Below, in pieces: positions 48,266 through 53,425 of a stretch of DNA of 53,425 bases. The notes beneath the pieces were generated by a model, which was not told where the DNA came from, ran no database searches, and saw only the letters and a program-made list of their open reading frames with translations. The stretch is taken from sequence record DRR378314_1610. The stretch is one strand, 5' to 3'. The stretch's first letter is position 1. Every line of letters starts with the position of its first letter. A program made the translations under genes and the position numbers.

Positions 48266-49183
48266 ATGAATGACACCGTTCTGGAAACCTCTCCTGACAC
48301 AACACTGACGTGTCGGGAAATCAATTGGTCCCTCAAACACATTGACCTTGCGGGCCTGCACTGGCCCGCTGAAACCGCCCCTGACACATGTCCGGTATTG
48401 ATGATCCACGGCTGGTTGGACAACGCCCTGTCGTTCGCCGGGCTGGCGCCAGCGTTTGAAGGTACTCGCGACGTGTACTCCCTCGATATGGCGGGTCACG
48501 GGCACTCCGGACATCGACCGGAAGGCCAGGGCTACCAGCTAATGGATTACGTTGCTGACCTGGCGGAACTGGTTGAGAACCATTTCAAAGACGCACCGGG
48601 CGGCCAGGTTGACCTGGTTGGCCATTCGCTCGGGGGTATTGTCAGCGTTCTCTATGCGGCGGCGTTTCCAGAGCGGGTCCGCCGGTTGGTGATGATCGAC
48701 AGTATTGGTCCGATCAGTCGCAAACCGGACGAGGTGATCGGGCAGATGCGCAAGGCGATCATCAAACGAATGACGGGTTCCGGTAAAGCGGTCGTATACC
48801 CGGATATAGAGTCGGCCGCGAAGGCTCGAGAGGGCGGTATGATCCCCTTGTCTCCGAAAGCCGCGCGAATGCTGGTAGCACGCAGCATGAAGCCCTCCGG
48901 GGAGGGCTTTGTGTGGCAAACAGATCCGCGGTTGCGTCACCCATCGATGATGATGATGGACGAGGCTCAGGTTACGGCCTGCCTGAAAAAGGTCATCACG
49001 CCAACGCGTTTTTTGCGGGCGACGCAGGGGCTGCTGGCCAGCCGACCCGAGTTGGACTCACGTTTGGATGCGATCGCGACCCTGGATGTAGTGGCTGTGC
49101 CTGGAGGCCACCATTGCCACCTGGAGGGAGACATTACACCCGTCATTGATGCAGTCAGAGGCTTTTTAGACGATGCAGAATAA
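48266..49183 (+). CDS. Alpha/beta hydrolase
   Basis: HGWLDNA, DMAGHGHS, GHSLGG nucleophile, GGHHCHL. Confidence 0.9.
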   Translation: MNDTVLETSPDTTLTCREINWSLKHIDLAGLHWPAETAPDTCPVLMIHGWLDNALSFAGLAPAFEGTRDVYSLDMAGHGHSGHRPEGQGYQLMDYVADLAELVENHFKDAPGGQVDLVGHSLGGIVSVLYAAAFPERVRRLVMIDSIGPISRKPDEVIGQMRKAIIKRMTGSGKAVVYPDIESAAKAREGGMIPLSPKAARMLVARSMKPSGEGFVWQTDPRLRHPSMMMMDEAQVTACLKKVITPTRFLRATQGLLASRPELDSRLDAIATLDVVAVPGGHHCHLEGDITPVIDAVRGFLDDAE

Positions 49184-50075
49184 GCGCTTGTCCCAGTTAG
49201 TCATGTGGCTGGCCGCCGTATTCATGGGTGTCTCGCCCGTGGTGTCGGCGCAAATGCCTCCCCCCGAACCGTTTCCGGACGCACGGCTGGATCAGGAGGT
49301 GAGCATCCAGTCTCCGGGGCATCTGGTTTTGTTCAGCCCGGTGCGTGAGGTGAATAACGAGATACGCTCTGCGTCGATGGCCCGGCTTCCGGTCAAGGGT
49401 GTTGGGCAGTTGTACGAAGTTCAAGGTGGCGCTAACCGTGAAGAAGCTCGCGATCATTATTTAAGGGAATTGCAGGCCCGTGGCGCCCAGATTCTGTTCG
49501 AGTGTTCCGGCAGAAACTGTGGCCGCAGTAACGTATGGGCCAACCAGATTTTTGATCAATCCAGCCTGTATGGCCGGGACAACAATCAGGACTATCTTGT
49601 CGCCGGATCGGTTGATGAGAACGGTCAGCCCTGGCTGACATTGGTGTACACCGTTACTCGCGCCAACCAGCGCCAGTTTGTCTGGGTTGAGCACCTGCTG
49701 GCCCCGATGGGAACCAATATTCCCGGCATGGGTAATGAAAGCGCCAGAATAAAGGGGCCGGTGATTGTGCCCTGGCAAGGTGGCATTACCTACCGTTTTG
49801 AATGGAGTGGCGCAGACCGCCGAATCATCAATGACTGGGCTGGCGAGGCCGATGCCCGGGTGATACTGACGGCCTATTCCGAGCTCAAGGAAAATGAAAC
49901 ACTGGACGAGTCCATGAAACGAGCGGAGGCCGCGGCACAGTCTCTTTCCCAGGTACTGGCAAAAAGTGGCGTTTCGGAGAGCCGTCAGAAAATCATTACA
50001 GTGGGCCCGACCGTTGTGATACCGAATCCCGATCGCCAGGGTGATCGGGTGGAAGTCATGGTGATTACGAGGTGA
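49173..50075 (+). CDS. DUF4892-like exported protein
   Basis: Signal peptide; LFECSGRNCGRSNVWAN motif; degenerate OmpA-like C terminus (DRVEV). Confidence 0.7.
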   Translation: MQNKRLSQLVMWLAAVFMGVSPVVSAQMPPPEPFPDARLDQEVSIQSPGHLVLFSPVREVNNEIRSASMARLPVKGVGQLYEVQGGANREEARDHYLRELQARGAQILFECSGRNCGRSNVWANQIFDQSSLYGRDNNQDYLVAGSVDENGQPWLTLVYTVTRANQRQFVWVEHLLAPMGTNIPGMGNESARIKGPVIVPWQGGITYRFEWSGADRRIINDWAGEADARVILTAYSELKENETLDESMKRAEAAAQSLSQVLAKSGVSESRQKIITVGPTVVIPNPDRQGDRVEVMVITR

Positions 50076-50080
50076 TAGGG

Positions 50081-51289
50081 ATGAACAAGCCATCGGAGAC
50101 CGAGCTCCAAGATGACGACCAGACGCCCGCAAACGAACTCTCACAAATCGTAACCAGCACGGGCATCTCCGCGGCACAATCTCCGTCAGAGAAAGGCGAC
50201 CCCAGGCCGACGGCCCCCGGCAGGGGCAAGACCGTTGCACTGACACTTGGCAGTGGCGGCGCACGGGGTTACGCCCACATTGGGGCGATCGAGATACTGG
50301 TGGAGCGCGGCTACGACATTGTTGCCATTTCCGGATGTTCCATGGGTGCGTTGATCGGTGGCGTCTTCGCGGCCGGAAAAATGAAGGATTACAAGGATTG
50401 GGTAACCGGCCTCGGCCAGTTCGATGTATTGAAATTGCTGGATGTGACGTTCAGCTCCGTTGGCGCTATCCGGGGCGAAAAGATCTTCTCCGTTGTCCGG
50501 GAGATGATTGGTGATACCCGCATTGAAGATCTTCCGCTTGCCTACACCGCCGTGGCGACAGACCTGCTTGCGCACAAGGAAATATGGTTCCAGGAAGGTC
50601 CCTTGGACCAGGCCATACGGGCGTCTGTAGCCATTCCCAGCGTCGTTACCCCCTTGGTACTCAACGGTAGGGTGCTGGTGGACGGAGCGCTGCTTAATCC
50701 ATTGCCTATCATTCCGACCATTTCCTCTCACGCTGACATTGTTGTGGCTGTGAATCTCAGCGGCGAGGATGATCGCGGTCGACGCTTGCCAGATGCGGCG
50801 TTCGAGAATCTTGACGACGATGGTGACACGGAAGAGTGGGTCGATAAAATCAGGGACAAGGCGTCTCGCTGGTTTGACTGGGACGCACTGAAAACCTTCA
50901 GCGGCAAGAAAGAGGCTGGGTCGGCGAATTCACCGGAAGAAAAAATTAGCAAAGCGGTGGCAAAGAACGAAAACGACAAGAAAACGGCCGCGATAAAGCA
51001 GGAACCGAAGAAGCATCAGGACGATCACGAGACGATTGACTGGGACAAGCTCGGTATCGGGAAATTCGATGTGATGAACCTGACGATCGAAACCATGCAA
51101 AGCGCCCTGGTGCAATACAAGATTGCAGGGTATCCGCCGGATCTTCTGGTCAACATTCCCAAGAATGCCAGCCGCAGCTACGATTACCACAAGGCGCCGG
51201 AACTGATCCAGCTGGGCCGCGAGCGAATGGCCGCCGCACTGGACCGTTATGAACGGAATCAGAACAGCTCCGGACCACTGGCGATATAG
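50081..51289 (+). CDS. Patatin-like phospholipase (RssA/NTE family)
   Basis: LGSGGARGYAHIG, GCSMG, AVATDL, LVDGALLNP. Confidence 0.9.
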   Translation: MNKPSETELQDDDQTPANELSQIVTSTGISAAQSPSEKGDPRPTAPGRGKTVALTLGSGGARGYAHIGAIEILVERGYDIVAISGCSMGALIGGVFAAGKMKDYKDWVTGLGQFDVLKLLDVTFSSVGAIRGEKIFSVVREMIGDTRIEDLPLAYTAVATDLLAHKEIWFQEGPLDQAIRASVAIPSVVTPLVLNGRVLVDGALLNPLPIIPTISSHADIVVAVNLSGEDDRGRRLPDAAFENLDDDGDTEEWVDKIRDKASRWFDWDALKTFSGKKEAGSANSPEEKISKAVAKNENDKKTAAIKQEPKKHQDDHETIDWDKLGIGKFDVMNLTIETMQSALVQYKIAGYPPDLLVNIPKNASRSYDYHKAPELIQLGRERMAAALDRYERNQNSSGPLAI

Positions 51290-51330
51290 ACGTCGAGTCA
51301 GGGAGGCTGCAGCCGGTGCCGGAAAGAGCG

Positions 51331-51336
51331 TATAAT
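51331..51336 (+). promoter_or_regulatory. Probable sigma70 -10 of prmB-aroC
   Basis: Perfect TATAAT 38 bp upstream of the prmB start; weak -35. Confidence 0.45.
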
Positions 51337-51373
51337 TCTGCGCTTTGATCATTTCCGGACAGGAAGAGCGTTT

Positions 51374-52258
51374 GTGAGCCACCCGATTGAAGACCTGCAT
51401 ACCGTTAGGGATTACCTGCGATACGTGTCGTCCCGCTTTGCCGACTCGCCACTGTATTTTGGGCATGGCACGGATAACGTGTGGGACGAGTCCGTGCAAT
51501 TGGTTATGCGCAGCCTTCACCTGCCGCTGGAAAACAACACTCTGTTTCTTGATGCCCGGCTGACACGCGAAGAGCGTGCGCTGATCCTTGAGCGGATGCA
51601 GCGTCGTATAGATGACAGGGTGCCCTTGGCCTATCTGTTGGGAGAGGCCTGGTTCATGGGGCTTCCATTTCATGTGGATGAACGCGTATTGGTGCCGCGC
51701 TCGCCATTGGGTGAGCTGATTCAGGGTGGGTTACAACCCTGGCTGGGCGACAAGTCGGTGGGTAGAATTCTGGATCTGTGCACCGGCAGCGGATGCATCG
51801 GTATTGCTGCCGCAAGTGTCTTCGAGGACGCTGAGGTAGACCTGGCGGATATCTCGGCCGACGCGCTGGACGTGGCGGCGGTCAACATTGACTACCACGA
51901 AGTTGGTGATCGTGTGAGCACTAAACGGTCCGATGTATTCGATGGGCTTGAGGGGCGATACGATGTCATCCTCAGTAACCCGCCGTACGTCGACGCCGAT
52001 GATATTGCGGATATGCCGGCGGAATATGGCCACGAACCGGAACTTGGTCTTGCAGCCGGGGGCGACGGGCTGGACATTGCTCACAGGATACTTGCCGGGG
52101 CAGCGGACCATCTGAATCCGGGCGGCCTGTTGATTGTCGAGGTTGGTAACAGTTGGGTGGCCTTGCAGGAGGCGTATCCGGATCTGCCCTTTACCTGGCT
52201 GGAGTTTGAGAATGGCGGCGACGGTGTGTTTCTGTTGACTGCTGAAGACCTACATTAA
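51374..52258 (+). CDS. prmB: Ribosomal protein L3 glutamine methyltransferase
   Basis: [38 protein letters not shown]; upstream of aroC. Confidence 0.95.
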   Translation: MSHPIEDLHTVRDYLRYVSSRFADSPLYFGHGTDNVWDESVQLVMRSLHLPLENNTLFLDARLTREERALILERMQRRIDDRVPLAYLLGEAWFMGLPFHVDERVLVPRSPLGELIQGGLQPWLGDKSVGRILDLCTGSGCIGIAAASVFEDAEVDLADISADALDVAAVNIDYHEVGDRVSTKRSDVFDGLEGRYDVILSNPPYVDADDIADMPAEYGHEPELGLAAGGDGLDIAHRILAGAADHLNPGGLLIVEVGNSWVALQEAYPDLPFTWLEFENGGDGVFLLTAEDLH

Positions 52259-52282
52259 AAAACCTGGATAAGATACTGAATC

Positions 52283-53377
52283 ATGTCGGGAAACACCTTC
52301 GGAAAATTGTTTACAGTGACCAGTTTTGGTGAGAGCCATGGTGCCGCGCTCGGGTGCATTATTGATGGTTGCCCTCCGGGACTGGACCTGTCTGAGGCGG
52401 ACATGCAGCGGGATCTGGACCGTCGCAAGCCGGGCACGTCGCGGCATACCACTCAGCGCCGAGAGGCGGATGAAGTGAAAATTTTGTCGGGGGTGTTTGA
52501 AGGCAAGACCACGGGAACCCCCATTGGATTGGTGATTGAGAATACCGATCAGCGTTCAAAGGATTATTCGAAGATCGCGGAACAGTTCCGTCCTGCCCAC
52601 GCCGACTATACCTACATGCACAAGTATGGTGTGCGGGATTATCGGGGTGGCGGGCGTTCCTCGGCACGTGAGACGGCGATGCGTGTTGCCGCCGGTGCTG
52701 TTGCGCGTAAGTTTCTGGAACAGCGCCTGGGTATCACGATCCGGGGCTACCTGTCGCAACTTGGTCCCATCCGCATTGAGAAGATTGATTGGGATCAGGT
52801 CCACCAGAATCCGTTCTTCTGCCCGGATGCCGATAAGGTGCCCGAAATGGAAGCCTACATGGATGCCCTGCGCAAAGAGGGCAATTCCATCGGTGCGCGT
52901 ATCAATGTAGTGGCGGAGGGCGTTCCTCCTGGCCTGGGAGAGCCTATTTTTGATCGGCTGGATGCGGATCTCGCCCACGCGTTGATGAGCATTAATGCGG
53001 TGAAGGGCGTGGAGATCGGTGCCGGTTTTGGCTGTATTGATCAGAAAGGCACGGAGCATCGGGATGAGCTGACGCCGGAGGGGTTCCTGTCGAACCATGC
53101 CGGTGGTGTTCTCGGCGGGATTTCCTCGGGGCAGCCGATCCTGGCCAGTATTGCGCTGAAACCGACGTCCAGTTTGCGATTGCCGGGGCGGAGTATTGAT
53201 GTGCACGGCAATCCGGTTGAGGTGATTACGACCGGGCGGCACGACCCCTGTGTGGGTATTCGTGCGACGCCGATTGCGGAGGCGATGATGGCCATTGTGT
53301 TGATGGATCACTACCTGCGGCATCGTGGTCAGAATGGGGATGTCTCGGTCTCCACCCCGAATATAGGCCAACTCTGA
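52283..53377 (+). CDS. aroC: Chorismate synthase
   Basis: [30 protein letters not shown]. Confidence 0.97.
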   Translation: MSGNTFGKLFTVTSFGESHGAALGCIIDGCPPGLDLSEADMQRDLDRRKPGTSRHTTQRREADEVKILSGVFEGKTTGTPIGLVIENTDQRSKDYSKIAEQFRPAHADYTYMHKYGVRDYRGGGRSSARETAMRVAAGAVARKFLEQRLGITIRGYLSQLGPIRIEKIDWDQVHQNPFFCPDADKVPEMEAYMDALRKEGNSIGARINVVAEGVPPGLGEPIFDRLDADLAHALMSINAVKGVEIGAGFGCIDQKGTEHRDELTPEGFLSNHAGGVLGGISSGQPILASIALKPTSSLRLPGRSIDVHGNPVEVITTGRHDPCVGIRATPIAEAMMAIVLMDHYLRHRGQNGDVSVSTPNIGQL

Positions 53378-53395
53378 CCCCAGCCGCATATTCCG

Positions 53396-53425
53396 GTAGG
53401 TCGGATTAGGCGAAGCCGTAATCCG
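53396..53425 (+). repeat. GTAG-family REP element, truncated by the window end
   Basis: GTAG-GTCGGATTA-GGC-GAA-GCC-G-TAATCCG: GTAG tetranucleotide plus an imperfect palindrome. Confidence 0.8.

Overview
A GC-rich, gene-dense core chromosomal region of a marine gammaproteobacterium; gene order and acidic proteins suggest Marinobacter or a close relative (inference). It opens with the 3' part of SRP RNA (ffs), then dnaX-ybaB-recR-rnd-ycgL-ycgN, a membrane-anchored VWA protein and a MoxR/VWA pair. Next is a 9-gene envelope operon (TPR proteins, TPR lipoprotein, ExbB/TolQ-like, two ExbD/TolR-like, TonB-like) whose architecture matches the core of the myxobacterial Agl-Glt motor. A lipid-metabolism stretch follows (MaoC hydratase, fadD, hrpA, KAS III, thioesterase, mlaA, patatin), then exeA-exeB-dinG, a MalT-like LuxR regulator, cysB/cysH/thrH/pabB, a probably highly expressed DUF6160/FilA-like exported protein, DUF58-transglutaminase-holB-pilZ, a hydrolase, DUF4892, patatin, prmB, aroC and a terminal REP. 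No IS, prophage, tRNA, rRNA or CRISPR array was seen. Best leads: (1) the Agl-Glt-like motor operon with an asymmetric Asn/Asp ExbD pair; (2) a structured minus-strand sRNA candidate at ~33616-33748 with a perfect CRP-type box and heptamer repeats, next to the MalT-like activator; (3) a second sRNA candidate at ~9493-9595 sharing a PsrA-like operator with the MoxR operon. All calls come from reading the sequence by eye; no database searches were run.
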